Shown: positions 1-13,852 of the stretch, one piece after another
How positions within the stretch are numbered: the stretch's first letter is position 1
Layout: each line of letters opens with the position of its first letter
Source of the DNA: Octopus sinensis
Lineage: Eukaryota
NCBI RefSeq assembly: GCF_006345805.1
Contig: NC_042998.1
Coordinates: 160,518,001 to 160,582,000, forward strand
Direction of reading: 5' to 3'
DNA length: 64,000 nucleotides
Program-made: the position numbers and the translations under genes
The notes under the pieces: generated by a model
The model's input: the letters and a program-made list of their open reading frames with translations, nothing else
Told to the model about the DNA's origin: nothing
Databases searched by the model: none

Positions 1-660
1 CTAAACTTTGATTTTGCTATCATTCATTGAAAGCTCTGATGTTACATGCAGTTTCTCCCATCTCCCCTTTGATATTCTTTAGACTACATTCTGAAAAAGA
101 ACATGGTCTTAAGCTAGAGCAGTTGAAATCCTATTTTTTGAAGTTGGTTAATATAAAATGGAGAAAGAAAAGTATGATAAAATAAATTACAAGTCATAAT
201 AATTTAAGTCTAAGACTGTTTAACATAAAATAGAAACCAATTCTCAAGCATCACTCCTAGCTGCAGAAAAATCAATAGTTGTTTGCTTGAAATTCTGAAA
301 CATAATTTGTCATGTCTCTTTTAATATTTCCTAATGTCTTGAAAAAAAAGAGAAAGAAAGAAAGAAAAATGTTAAGAGTCTTTTGCAGAGAGGCAAAAAA
401 AAAAAAAACGAAAGAAGAATTGGGGGAATATTGAGGAAAGAAACTCCCTAAATAATTATAGGTATGAGTATATAAAAGTTGGAGTGCTGTTGTTCTGTCT
501 TTAAGTGATTTCAAATTAGTCTGGTTAAGAAAAGTGGTGGGGGACCAGTTAAAATGAAAATTTAAGGAATATTTTAATTTGTGTCTAAATCATATTAGAT
601 GTGCAGCATTCATTTACGAGAAGAGTTGATTACAAGAGAACTTTTGGCTAATATGTGCTA

Positions 661-1050
661 GCATGGCTGTGTGGTATAAAGCTTGCTTCCCAACCACATG
701 GTTCCTGGTTCATTCCAACTGTTTGGCATCTTGGGCAAGGTCTTCTGCTATCACCTCAAGTCAACCAAAGCCTTGTGAGTGGATTTGGTTGATAGAAAAT
801 GAAAAAAAAATTGTATATATGCATATATGTGTGTGTTTGTCTTTGTGTCCATGTCCCCCCCCCCTCTCCCAAATGGCAACCAGTGCCGGTGTGTTTATGT
901 CCCTTTAACTTAGCGATTTGGCAAAATAGACTAATAGAATAAATACCAGTCTTTAAAAAACAAGCCCTGGAGTTGATACATTTGATTAAAATTCTTCAAG
1001 GTGGTGCCCCAGCATGGCCACAGTCCAATAACTGAAACAAATAAAAGATA
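661..1050 (+). mobile_element. tRNA-derived SINE, family A (octopus-type, central microsatellite), diverged copy
   Basis: A-box-like TGGCTGTGTGG, degenerate B-box, the GGCATCTTGGGCAAG core and a tail ending GACTGAAACAA-like plus A-rich sequence; same layout as more than 15 other copies in the window. Confidence 0.85.
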
Positions 1051-2239
1051 AAGAAAAAAAAAGAAAATAGATTATAAATGTATGTTAGGGTGGAAAAGTA
1101 TCATAAGTTTGATGATGGAGGGTATTTGCTGTAGATCAAAGAAGCTACAAAGTTGATATGAAGAAAGACCATTGTTACACACCCATTCAATTCATGACAA
1201 GGCTGGGATGGTGCAGGGGAACAAACAGTAAAATGTATATTAGTTAGAAATGACGTTTGAGCTGTTAAACAATTAACCTTAGAGTACAAAAAACAACAAC
1301 CCCAAAACAAGATAAGAGGAATTATTCTGTCTTGTTGTATAAGGGTTTACACAGCACTGGAAACTAGTCAACATAGTGGTTATAAGAATGTTTTCTTTTA
1401 TTTACATATCATTTGCAAGTTCATTCAAAGAATTCTTGCTTTCAAAGACAGATTATTTGTAATATTATAACATAGAGACTGCTATTTGGTGACATAGTAA
1501 GTTGATAAAACAAATGATATACAGAAGAGCTTGCTGAAGAGAAGAAAGACTTCTGTTGTTTATCTGAAGATAACAAACTGCACATTTCCAATTATTGTGC
1601 CTTTCTTTATTACTATCAATGTTCTGCTACAATTTGTACGTATGATATTTTTCTTCATCCATCTTTTTGAGATTGATAAAATAAAATACCAGTCGAGAAC
1701 TGGTGTTATTAATATTGACTAATCTCCTTCTTTCAAAAATTGCTGGTCTTGTGCTTGAATTAAAAACACTTGCTATTGTTAAAGTACAGATATAAAATGA
1801 ATTTTAAAATATTTAGTATAAATCAGAAGTATCTAATTAGCAACTTCTGTTGTTAGGATATTAATTTTTATTTAAATTCAAGGTTCCTTTACTTTTAGAA
1901 CTAGCTTAGCTTTTAATCTTTATCTTGACACCCACTTTTATACACTTCTATCTTTTATACATTTTTCCCATACAAACCTATTTCTGAAGTCATCCCTTTT
2001 CACAGATATTAGATTCTGTGAGGATTATTATTGACACTTTTTTTCCTGTTTTACACTTAGTTTATGTCTTTATTTATATAAAGTATAATGAAGTGTCATC
2101 TAAACTCATGGTTGCTGCTATTTTATAAAACAAACTTTAAATATATATACTATTATTATATTATGTTCGGGGATATTATATTTCAATGATCATTGTATGA
2201 TCTGTCACTCATGTTAAGGCCTTTATTATTCCTTTAAGG

Positions 2240-2538
2240 CAGTGGTTCTCAACTGGGGTCTGTATGACCTTTGGGGGGACCATATAAGGATTTTAGGGAT
2301 CTATGCAAGCAAAATAGTAAACTGAGAATCCACAATAGTATTTTAAGGGCCCATGGAAAAAATTTGCTTCAGATGTATTTACTTGCAAGAAATAGCTAGG
2401 TTTATTAAAATAGAAATTTTGAATGCAGTATATATAAAGCTAGTTTTTAAACACAGAGTGGCTATAGAAGACCACCAGAATAAAATATTAAACAAAGGGG
2501 TCCATAGATTAAAAAAAAAAAATGCTTGATAATCACTG
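2240..2538. mobile_element. hAT (Charlie-like) MITE
   Basis: Termini CAGTGGTTCTCAAC ... TTGATAATCACTG; internal similarity to the copies at 3510 and 35740. Confidence 0.75.
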
Positions 2539-3509
2539 TTTTAAAACAAACTCTTATTTTGTTAATATTTAGCTCCAAGACAGTCCTGACTGAGCAAACC
2601 TATGATCAAAGACTTTCTAGCCATGACCATCTCATATTTGTCTTTTTTATATTTTGTATTTATGAGTACATTCTCTAGTGTGTCCTTTTTTTAAATATAA
2701 TTAGATATGGGAGATAAAACTACTTTTTATGAAGGCCCTCTTTGGCTTCTGTTTATTTTAGTTATAAGTAACAGTGTGGTTATGTGTAACTGACTCCTTC
2801 AGAAGAACATTTAATCTAATCCTTTCATCAGTTTTCTTACTTTGAGCATATCAACAATAATGATAACATTTATAAACAACCCATGAATCTTGAAATGCAC
2901 TCTCCGCTCCATTCAATTATAATACTAATTACACTTATAGTACTAATTGTTGACATAAAATGTTTGCAATCTGTCCCATCCTCCTTCTTAACTTTTACAA
3001 CTAACTTATTGCTACTTCCAGTCTCATTCAATCCAAACAACACTTCCTTACACTCACCCTTCACGTTTTGCATACATTAGACACTGTCCTTTGTGCAGTT
3101 TTAGTTTGTGACAACTGCTATGAATGGAAACTTCTAAAACTTACATTCTCTCAGTTTCAAGTAATTCAGACCATTATGGTCCCAGAAGACAAAAAATGGA
3201 AAAGGTGTTGCCCTGGAAGATGGTGAGGAAGATGCACAGGAACAGCCAGTCTGACTCACGAGGTCTAAAACCTACATCCATGTCAAGCCTGACAATCTAG
3301 TATCATTCAATGTCCCCAAAATACAAGGCCCTGTACAAATGCAGCTATACTTTAATGTAAAAGAATAAACCTACAATGTTGTACCATGTTTACAACATGC
3401 TATCTCTAGTAACATGTCATGCCAAGACAGGCAGCTAAGCTGAGTTTCCTCATCATCACCAGAACTTTCAGCTGCTTGATTTTTTGCAAAATACAAATAT
3501 ACTGTATAT

Positions 3510-3770
3510 TAGTGGTTCTCAGCCAGGGTATATATGGCCCTTAGGGGTCCATATAAGATTTTGTTTTAAAAATTTACATGCAGTAAAATTGTTTGTATTT
3601 CTACAATGCTCAAAATATTTCAACAATTTTTCTTTATACAATTCCTAATAATATTCAGTTATGAAAATATTTACAGGATTTTATCTAAATATCAAATGGC
3701 TATAGGGGGTCAAGTAGAGTAAAATAGGAATTGAAGAGGTCCATAGGTAAAAAATAGTTGAGAACCATAG
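3510..3770. mobile_element. hAT (Charlie-like) MITE with 8-bp target-site duplication
   Basis: Termini TAGTGGTTCTCAGC ... GTTGAGAACCATAG; perfect 8-bp TSD CTGTATAT at 3502-3509 and 3771-3778. Confidence 0.85.
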
Positions 3771-3789
3771 CTGTATATTATGAATATTT

Positions 3790-4845
3790 TAGCTAGCATA
3801 TCTGGAATGGTACACTGCTCACACATATGAGCAGTGCTTGATATGTAGAAAAGGTGTAGGTAGAAACTCCATATGGTTTACCTGGTGCAAGCTATGGACA
3901 TATAAGAGGTGCAGCAATATCAGAGGAAGGTTAACAGGGAAAGTAGTCTTTGCATGTGGCAGATGCACAAGTACAATAAACAGACTCCATCAGATGTCAT
4001 GGGGGATATCTGGAAGTAGTTGATAGCTTTTGTTATCTAGGTGGCCAAGTCAGCTGTGGAAGTGGATGCTCTGAGAGCATAGCTGCTAGAAAAAGAATAG
4101 ATTGGGCAAAGTTCAGAGAGCTGCTACCTTTGTTGGCAACAAAAGGCCTTTCCCTCAGAGTTGAAGACCTGATTATTTGAGGCCTGTGTGTGAACAGCCA
4201 TATTCTACAACAGTGAAACATAGGCTGTGATCACGAGGGCATGTAAAGGCTTGAAAGTAATTAATCTGGTATGCTCAACTGGATGTGCAATGTCAGTGTA
4301 CATGTATAACTGAGTGTGAATGTCTAGAGAGAATAATTGGGCATAAGAGACATCAGATGTGGTGTACAAGAGAGATGTCTGCACTGGTATGGTCATGTGA
4401 TGCATATAGATGAGGACAGCTACATAAAGAAATGCCAATCTTTGTGGAGGGAACCTGTAGAGGAGGTAGACCCAGGAAGACATGGGATGTGGCGATGAAG
4501 CTTGATATTTCAATGTGGGGTCTCACGGAGATGATGACAAGTGACCGTAGCCTTTTGGTGATTTGCTGTACTTGAGAAGACCTATCAAACCAAATGATAT
4601 CCTAGTTGTGTTCAGTGCTGGTGACACATAACAGCATCTGTGCCTGTGACATGTATAAGCACCCATGCCGGTGACGCAAAAAAGTCATCCACTACACTCT
4701 TGGAGTGATTAGCATTAGGAAACGTATCCAGCTATAGAAACCATGCCAAAGTCAGGCTGGATCATGGTGCAGCTATCCAGCTTGTCGATTCAAGTCAAAC
4801 TGTTTAACCCATGCCAGCATGGAAAGCGGGCATTAAATGATGTTG
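3790..4845 (+). mobile_element. Decayed RTE-clade LINE, 3' part (RT C-terminus and 3' UTR)
   Basis: Frameshifted YLGGQV..GC.ESI.AR and WYGHV.. motifs; colinear with the younger copy at 28462-29670; ends in GGACGTTAAACGATGAT-like tail. Confidence 0.85.
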
Positions 4846-5536
4846 ATATATATATGTGTGTGTGTGTGTTTGTTTGTCTTTGTATTTTCCCCACCACCAT
4901 TGCTTGACAACTGGTGTTGGTGTGTTTACACCCTTGTAACTTAGCAGTTTGGTAAAAGAGCCCTATAAAATAAGTACCAGGTTTAACAAAATTTAAGTAC
5001 TGGGGTTGATTCATTTGACTAAAAATTCTCCAAGGCAGTGCCCCAGCATGGTTGTAGTCTAACAACTGAAAGAAATAAAAGATAAAAGAATATTGAACAA
5101 TGTAGTCCTAGATATATTGTGACTATCAAAAAACAAAATGAGATGGTCATTGCTTGAACAACTTTAATGATGTTCTACACGATAGTGGTTAACTTGGGGG
5201 GGGGGGCCTAAACACTTGCCGAAAAGATAGTCTCATGTTCCCTTCTTATACCGTATTGGAAATTACTCTTGAAATTTTTAGAACTGTTCAAATAAAGTTT
5301 GCATTGATGTGAAAAATAATGGTGAAATTTCTTTCCTTTCTTTATCATTCCATTACCTTTCTATTTGAAACTGTGTGTGTGTGTGCAAGCATTGAAGAAG
5401 AAATGTTAGGTAAAACCTAAAAAAATTGTTACCAAGGACTTACAAAATCTATAGACTGCTAACATGATAAAGTAGTTTACATTCAACTTTGATTCTGTTA
5501 CATATATTTTATATCAGTATATACCACCAGTGACTT

Positions 5537-5568
<32 letters not shown>

Positions 5569-5710
5569 GATTTACTCTGATTTATATTATTTTTCCAGTT
5601 CGTACCAAAAAATATATTCTATTTTCTAAAACATCTGATACTGCACAGAATAAAACATATCTATTTGATGAACATTTTACATATTCAATCTGGTGGCTGT
5701 ATTATCATTT

Positions 5711-5748
<38 letters not shown>

Positions 5749-5790
5749 ATTATTATTATTATTAGTAGTAGTAGTAGTAGTAGTAGTAGT
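5711..5790. repeat. Compound trinucleotide microsatellite (ATC)n(ATT)n(AGT)n
   Basis: Directly visible. Confidence 0.95.
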
Positions 5791-6839
5791 ATTGTTATGT
5801 TGTTTTCAATAAAGACTATATACTAACAGGAAATGTTTAGAGAAAAAACAAAAAGGAACATTAATCTCATGACCTTAGGCCTGTGTCTTTAAGATAGATG
5901 TTTCACTGTCCTCCAGAGTCATTGCACATGTGTAACTCCTCTTTTCCTTTGGTTGGGAGCAAGATAACTGAATTATCACATCTGTCCCCCTCCTTCTCTT
6001 CCTCCTTGTCAGCTTCCTCTTCCTTCACCTTTCCTTCTCTGATAACTTGGAACCAACCTGCTTTCTTTTACTGTCTTTCCACAGTAGGTAACAACTGTCT
6101 CTTATTTATATTATCATTGTAATGTATTGACAAATAATGAATTATCTACATCATTAAAACTATATACATTTTAAACATTATGAATTTGAAATAAAAAAAG
6201 AAGACAACAAAACAACCCTGCTCAGTTGAAACTCATTAACAGATAAGATCTTGTTTTTTCTCTGCTATGTTTAAAATTGCAAGAATCCATTTAGTTCAAA
6301 GATGTGAACAAAAACATTTAGATTTACTAATAAAACAATTTGATTCTTAAACAATTTAGACTTTATTGATATAAACACAAAAGAATTACAAGCAGATAGG
6401 GTAAGCATGTTACCTGGTTAGAGTTGTTATTTAACTCCAGATCAGTCCTGTTTGACAAACCTATAAAGTTTGGGCGTCCCCACTGTTGTCATCTTGTCCC
6501 TATTATTTTATTTTTTTAGGCAATAGAATTGAAACCTAAATCACATGGTTGTGAGACAAACTTCTTAACTATACACCCATGCCTGTGTCTATTTTCCTCC
6601 ATTTTTAAAAATGAAATTTACACTAGTATCTAACAAAATTTTTAGTCTAAATAATGAAGTAAGAGATTTTCTTCAGCCACTTCTATAACTTTTTCCCCCA
6701 TAATAGAAAAAAGCAAAACAAAATATCCATAGAGTAAAATGAACATTTGGGAATGAAATTGATTAAAAATAATTCTTCATTGTAAATTACTTACATTAGG
6801 AAAAGTCTACAAAGACTTAGGTTTTGCTGATTAGCATGA

Positions 6840-7300
6840 CTTTAAGACAAGCTGGAGTTGTGTTTTACAAAAGACAAAATAAAATATAATTTCTTAACAC
6901 TTAAAAGAAAAACTGTTTCATGGAGACAATGCACTGGAAAGGAGTTCCAAAAGTTATCAGTGAGATATATTAAGAATTAATATTGAATAATTTGTGATTG
7001 ATATTCTTGGCCCAATTCCCATTTTCAAGCTGTAGATGAGCAATTGACCCAAACATGTCAAAAGAAAATGGGAAAATGATTACAATTCTATCCTTCTAAG
7101 TATGGTTTTTAGAAGATGGTTTCACTACTTGGAATGTAAGTCAGTATTGTTATCTGAATATTGTAGAATACAACATGGTAATAGGTGAAAGTGTTTAATC
7201 ATATTTGGTCAAAGTTTAACACCCTTTCCTAGATTAAAAATATTTCTTTCCTTAAATATTACATCAGTATTCATATCATAACTCTTTGATTTAGATATTA
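6840..7300 (-). mobile_element. Possible highly decayed CR1/L2-type LINE 3' end
   Basis: The minus strand gives ..NFWNSFP.., resembling the WNSLP C-terminal motif, and ILQYS, resembling LEY-S; many stops. Confidence 0.35.
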
Positions 7301-7829
7301 TAGATTTTATTTTGAAACAGTCAAAAGAAAAAAAAAAAAACTAATTAAAAAAACTTTCCAAATTTTATTTTCAAGTAAGATAAAACAATAAGTATATATA
7401 GGTTATGAGACATTTTCTCACTTTTTCATTTTGTCTTGTTTTTTAATTCCTTAATTTTATTAGATATTTTAAAATCTAATTTTGATACATTCTTGCTTTG
7501 CTATTATATTAAATTTATGAGAAAAATATATTACAATTAATCATGACAAAATTAAATAAGTGTCCGACAGATGTATTGTTGTCTTTCTTCAACATATCAG
7601 ATTGCAAGTATTAATGCTGTCTATTGTTGTAGTAGAATGAAGTGAAATCACTAAGGATGTTGGATAATGATTAGCTATAAGTCTCCTTCTGTGTCTGAGT
7701 AGAGACATTCTCTGTTCACTTAACCAAGCGAAATTTCTAGCAGTTCTTGTAAGAACATGACATGTAATAAACTGACATTGTATACAGGTGGATATTCACT
7801 TCTAATCCAATTAGCACATTTGAATTCAT

Positions 7830-8058
7830 AGTTTTGGTTTCAAATTTTGGCACAGGGCCAGTAATTTCAGGGGAGGGGCAATAAGGCTATTACACTAACT
7901 CCAGTGCTCAACTGGTACCTATTTTTATCGACCCCCCCCCCCAAAGGATCAAAGCCAAAGATGACCTTGGCAGAATTTGAACTCAGAACATAAGACAGCT
8001 GAAATGCTACTAAGCATTTTGCCCAGTGTGCTAATGATTCTGCCAACTCACCACCTTC
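7830..8058 (-). mobile_element. tRNA-derived SINE, family B
   Basis: The reverse complement begins GGTGGTGAGTTGGCAGAATC, with B-box GAGTTCAAATTC and a core like CCTTTCATCCTTTCGGGGTCGATAAA, which resembles the Meta-type SINE core. Confidence 0.8.
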
Positions 8059-8475
8059 TTCATAGTTAAGTGTTGGACCTCTGTAGTTTATTGAAACTCA
8101 TCATGACCATTACTTATCAAGCCCTTCACTCCATATGAAGCATGAACTATCAATGACTTTTCACCAGTGTTCTCAATTCTAGACTGGCTTTTCCTCTCCC
8201 AGGTCTTGTTGGTTTTGAATTCTTTTATCTTTTACTTGTTTCAATCATTAGACTGTGGCCATGCTGGGACACTGCTTTGAAGAATTTTTAGTTGAATGAA
8301 TTGACCTTACTACTTATTTTCTTTTTAAGCCTGGGATTTATTCTATCAGTCTTTTTTTGCTGAATGGCTAAGTTACAGGGACATAAAACACACGAACATT
8401 GGTTATCAAATGGTGGTGGGGGACAAACACCAACACAAAGACACACACACACGTTTGTATGTATGTATAAAATAT

Positions 8476-10457
8476 ATAGTAAATGAAAGTCAGAAGATGG
8501 AATATACAAGAATTTATTATTTATCACAATAATTGTTTTGACACATCTAGCATCACAGTGTAAATTTTCTTCATACTACTTTCTGTCTTGATACTGGATT
8601 ATTTGAACCATTTCATAAAGCAAATGATCATATTAAGCACATGAATATAGCATCCAACCATCCACTCTTGATAATATGGGGACTAATTAAGAATATTTCT
8701 ACAAGAATTTCTAGATTATCCGCTAATAATAAAATTTTCATATCACATGCAACTTATTATAATGCAGCTTTAGCTAGGGCTGGGTAGCATGAAAAAATTG
8801 AATATATACAAGAAGCAGGCATACCCAACACTGGTAATTCCTCCACTAGTAATGCACATTGTACACCATCACAACATCACGGTATGAGAACTCACTCAGA
8901 TAGAGAATACTGGCCAGGAAGAATTGGTCAAGACAATGAACTACCAACGAAAACTCATAGACACATGCAACATAGTAATCCAGCTGCTTGAAACACTGTA
9001 AATTGTTCCAATCCTGTACAACACACTAGATGCATTAATCCAAACAACAGATATAGGAATCATGATGTCCTCTGGTTCAACCTAATTTTCGGTTTGCATG
9101 TTTCAGCCAAGATTACTGGAAAATTTTTTGCCACTTTGGATAAATGTTTTCCTAGATCTAATCAATATTATGCTATTTTTAATTGGCACACCATGAAGGT
9201 ATCCTATGCTAACTCTGCTAATTTAGAGCAGCTTATGCACCGCATAAACAATGGTAAAATGCGACAAAGGTTCAATAACCCACCTACTGGATCTAGTGGA
9301 CCTATGCATATAAATACCAACAAAGGAGATGTAAACCACAATGTAAAGCACCAATTATGACCAAAATTGTAATAGTACAAATGCTTATGATATAGCTACA
9401 TGTAATATCGGAAAATGGAGTTGGAACTGCCATATATACAAATAAATATGACAAATGCTTATACAAAGATAAATCAAAATGCCCATTGATGAACCCCTTT
9501 ATGAGTACAAATCTTGTATATAAATGTACCATGCACACAAGGAGGGAGCTGTATGTTTACATTGGGCAGATGGCTGATTTATTTAAGAATTGTTATCGTA
9601 ACCATGTCGCCAGCTTCAAGAGAATCCATAATTAAGTACAACATAACTTGGTCCATAGTAAGGCACGTGAAACCATACAGTATCATTTCCAAGAGATGCC
9701 CACTCTGTTCCAAGGAACCCCTGTCTATTCTGTGGACCAATGAGAAGATCATTAATAGAATTTCTGAAAGACTCTCAAGATGCCTGCATGCATATAAATG
9801 TACTTTTACACAATGCAGTGGGAATGAATTTGAGTAACCGTTAACATAATTTACTTTAAGGTATGGATGAATTAAGTTTAGCTTTAACCTCCCCATTCTT
9901 ATAAACACCAAGTAACTATTTAACTCACTCTGTGATTGTGAGTGCCCCAAACCACATGTGTGCATATGCTTACATATTTGCAGATGCTTGCATGTGGGAG
10001 TGTACACATGCCATGCAGCTTGTGCAAGGATGTTTATACATCCATATTTGTTAACGGTTATTTTTAATACTTTTTCTTGTTGTATTGCATGTTCATTTCT
10101 TTTTTGCATGTGTGATTTTAGTTTTCATCTTCTATGTAAATGAAGATATTTCCTTTCTTTTGCTGTTTTTCTTTCTACGAAATGAGAAGATACATTACGG
10201 CACTGTTATCTTAATGCGGTGTATCTGTTTATCACCTGATGAGACCCATCTGCACTGCTGGATGCTCCTGAACCAGTAGTTAAGTGTCCCACTTGTGAGG
10301 GATTGCTGCTAGATGTGTCAAAATGATCGTTGTGATAAATAATAAATTCTCGTATATTCCATCTTCCGTCTTTCATTTACCATATACATAACCGACATGT
10401 GAAAGTGACTGTGCTTTACCAGTAAGTTACCAAGTGTAAACCATTCGTTTTATTATC
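8476..10457 (+). mobile_element. Penelope-like element remnant (RT thumb plus C-terminal GIY-YIG endonuclease, probably Hydra-type) with inverted pseudo-LTR
   Basis: Translations VNFLHTTFCLDTGLFEPFHKAND..SNHP; VLWFN..GKFFATLDKCFPRSNQYYAIFNWHTMKVSY; LVYKC..YVYIG; ITWSIV..PY..RCPLCSKE..INRISE..SRCLH..K. About 80-bp inverted repeat between 8476-8553 and 10307-10384. Confidence 0.85.
10228..10339 (+). ncRNA. Type I hammerhead ribozyme fold (decayed) in the PLE pseudo-LTR
   Basis: Stem I TTTATCAC/GTGATAAA; core CTGATGA (10236-10242); stem II GACCCATCT/AGATGTGTC with a long insertion; GAAA reads AAAA; near-palindromic stem III A(T/C)GATCGT. Confidence 0.7.
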
Positions 10458-13394
10458 TAATATATATATATATATGATAGGCGTCTTTCAGTTTCTGTCT
10501 ACTTAATCCACTCACAAAGCTTTGGTCAGCCCAAGGCAATAATAGAAGACACTTGCTCTAAGTGCCATGCAGTGAGTTGGATCCAGAACCACATGGTTGG
10601 GAAGCAATCTTCTTACCTCTCAGCCATGCCTCTGCCTATTTTTGTTACTTTGCTTTCGTCTAGGTAGGGATGTTGGCCTTATGCAAACCCATTTTTATCT
10701 TTAGGAAGAGGTCAGCCATATCAGTCTAGCTTTCCAATATAAGAGGTCCTGCAAGGTGCTTGCACTCCATTAGCTCTCAGAGTCAGTGGGGCCCACATGC
10801 TACTACATAACATGTACTGAATGTTGTGATGGCATCATGATCACAAAAGCATCAGAAATTGTTTGAGACAATACCAGTTTGTCATTGATTTAATTGACTA
10901 CCAATATTGGTAGGAAAAGGTAAATATTCCCTTATAATTGAAGTTCATAAATGTTTAATTAATTATGTTATGTCTTTGTAGATGTTCCTCATGGTACGTT
11001 GGCAGATATGATTTTAAGGATAATAGAATATATAAAGACTGAAGATTAGTTGACTGTCTTTGTTATTGAATGATTCCATTACAACATACAACTCAAATAT
11101 TTGCTCACTTTAGACTGATTAATACTACAACTCTTCTTTGTTAGAACACTGTGTGTGAGTGTATATATATATATGCATATATATGTACACGCACACACAC
11201 ACAAATATATATAAGCTGTTAGACATATACACACACTCTGTCAGTTTCTGTCCACTAAATCCACTCACAAGCTTTTGGCTGACCCATGGTTTTAGTAGGA
11301 GACACATGCTCAAGATGTTGTGCAGTGGAATTGAACATAGGACCATGTGGTTGGGAAATGAACTTCTAAACCACCCAATGTTGCATACATAACCATGCTT
11401 GTGTCTACAGTCATGCTTGGGCCTTACATGTGTGTGTGTATATACAAACACACACACACACACATATATTCCTTGCATGGAGGCATACATGTGAGAGGGA
11501 GAGAGAGAAAGGAAGAGAAAGAGGGGGAGAGAGAGAGAGAGAAAGGGGGAGAAGGAGGGAGAGAGTGAGTGAGAGAGAAGCAGACTGCCTGACAGTTTAA
11601 TTTCTGATAGTATTTATTAATATTTAGTAATTATGAGATCTGATACAAATCTTAACCCAACTGAGTTACGACTAATTAATTTATCAAGTATGCTATATGT
11701 GTCCAGATAACTCTTAATCTTTACACAAGCTGCAACTTCAAAAACTATAGCATATATGCATCAACTTCTGCATTTTCCTCTATAGAATATAGAGTAGCAT
11801 GTATCCCTTGTGTTGTATATGTTTCCATTCATGAAATGCCACTTTCAATTTATTCTCACCAGTATATAAGCACCTATGTTGTACCACCTTATCTCCCACA
11901 GCCTTACTTGTTTAATAAGTTAATCTATTTTCATAAACTAACATAATCTGCCATCTTACTTGTAATCTTTCTTATTTCTTCAGAACCTAGAGATTAAGTA
12001 ATTCCTACATAAACCACTCATAAAAACACTTATATATGTGTATGTGTCTAATTATTCTGTAAATATATTTATATGTCTATGTATAACTCTGTGTATAATA
12101 GTCTGCACAGTTTTATATTTGCATATCTGCATGCATGTATATTTACATATATGGACAAATCTAGTTGTATTCAGATGCAGGTGTATATTTGTTCTAATCC
12201 ATATGTGTAGGAGTAAGTATGTTGATATAATATCCCAATGAACATCCTGAGCATCTTATATGTGCATTTTCTTTAGATAAAATTGATGTAAATTTGAGCA
12301 TATTGTTGAGGTGATCTCTGGTTATCTTTTGGGGACTTAACAGTAGCTTGGGAAGTTTTTCACCTGAAACTTCTCATGTTCACAGTAAAGAAATTAAACT
12401 GTTGATATATTTATCCTATCAACATCTCTGTCGCAATTCTTGAAATCTCTGCAACAGAAGAGACTACATCCCTATCTATTAATTTTACAAAAAAAAAAAA
12501 AACTAAATGAATGAAGTCATAAGGGAGGTGTCATTCATTGTTACAACATTAATTTATGCAGCTACAACAACAGAAAATCCATAGCCCTCTGAAAACCTTC
12601 TAAACAGGATGGATACAAAAGCATTGATGTGACTAACGTCGTTGATACTTAGTTTGAATATCTGCTGAAGCGAAAGCATGATTAAGTGAAGTGTTTCAGA
12701 TGACTTGTACATCAGCTGAGGCTGATGAAAGAAAATGAAGGTTAATGTGTGTTTATGTAGATGGCATACAATTAACATGTTCATTTGAGCAGGATCTTTT
12801 GCAATAGCACTGGAAGAGATAAAGAAAAGGCGAGACATATCAGGGGTCAGAAAAGAGTCCTAATAATTGACAACTTGCCTATTTGACTAATAACTTATTT
12901 AACAGAGAAAAAAAATTTTTTTAATGGGTAGCAAAATAGTCATATATTTGTGATAGCTGTGTTGTTCAGCAGACATCAAGAAGTTCTATCAACAGCACCA
13001 TCCTAAAATCAGTCTCTGTTTAGAAGCTGCTTATACATACAAATATACATAAACAAAATAACTGTCATCATCATCATCACACCACCTCTTCCTTTCCATA
13101 CTGATGTGGCTTGAACATATTGCATTCAGTTCCTTATCAGATTTACTGCTCTCCTAGCCGGCTAGGAGAACCACATCTTTCTCATAATTTTCATGTCTGG
13201 CTTAGGTTCTGTGGCTGGATGCCCTTCTAATTTACTTACTGTGCCAAAATGTGGACACTTAGCTAAGTCTCTTTACTGAAACTCAAGTGGTCTAAATTAC
13301 CCTGCACTGAATAAGCTAAAAACCCTTTAAAGCATATAAAGCCATATTAAACAACAATAAACTTTGGATTAATCACTACATGATGTTGAGGCAA

Positions 13395-13852
13395 GTGAAA
13401 TCGGAATCGAAATCAAATTTGATGACTGGCATCCATGCTAGTGGAGCACTAAGAGCACCATCCGAGCATGGTCGTTGCCAGAGCTTCTAACTGGCGTTAG
13501 TGCAGGTGGCACATAAAAAGCACCATTCGAGCATGATCGTTACCAGCGTTGCCTTACTGGCACTTGTGCTGGTGTGCAGGTGACACGTAAAAAAAAACAA
13601 AAAAGAAAAATAAAACACGATTTCCGGGACCGTTGCCAGTACCGCCTGACTGACCCTCGTGCCGGTGGTACGTAAAAGTACCCACTACACTCTCGGAATG
13701 GTTGGTGTTAGGAAGGGCATCCCGCTGTAGAAACTACCAAATCAAGATTAGAGCCTGGTGCAGCCATCTGGTTCGCCAGTCCTCAGTCAAATTGTCCAAC
13801 CCATGCTAGCATGGAAAGCGGACATTAAATGACAATGATGATGATGATGATG
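13395..13852 (+). mobile_element. 5'-truncated RTE 3' UTR with internal repeats and (GAT)n tail
   Basis: Matches the reverse complement of 28462-28920; ends CATGGAAAGCGGACATTAAATGAC(GAT)n. Confidence 0.85.

Larger units (their letters stand above)
8217..10640 (-). mobile_element. Family A SINE split in two (8217-8470 and 10458-10640) by a PLE insertion in its central microsatellite
   Basis: The two halves join into one complete minus-strand SINE A when about 8470-10457 is removed. Confidence 0.8.

Noticed and set aside
2870-3073. Minus-strand ORF with EDGT, reminiscent of CIDE-N
   Set aside because: Only four residues match; the rest lacks the domain pattern.
3155-3222. Short segment with acceptor- and donor-like sites
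   Set aside because: Part of a dispersed repeat also present at about 55390-55575; no recognisable protein.
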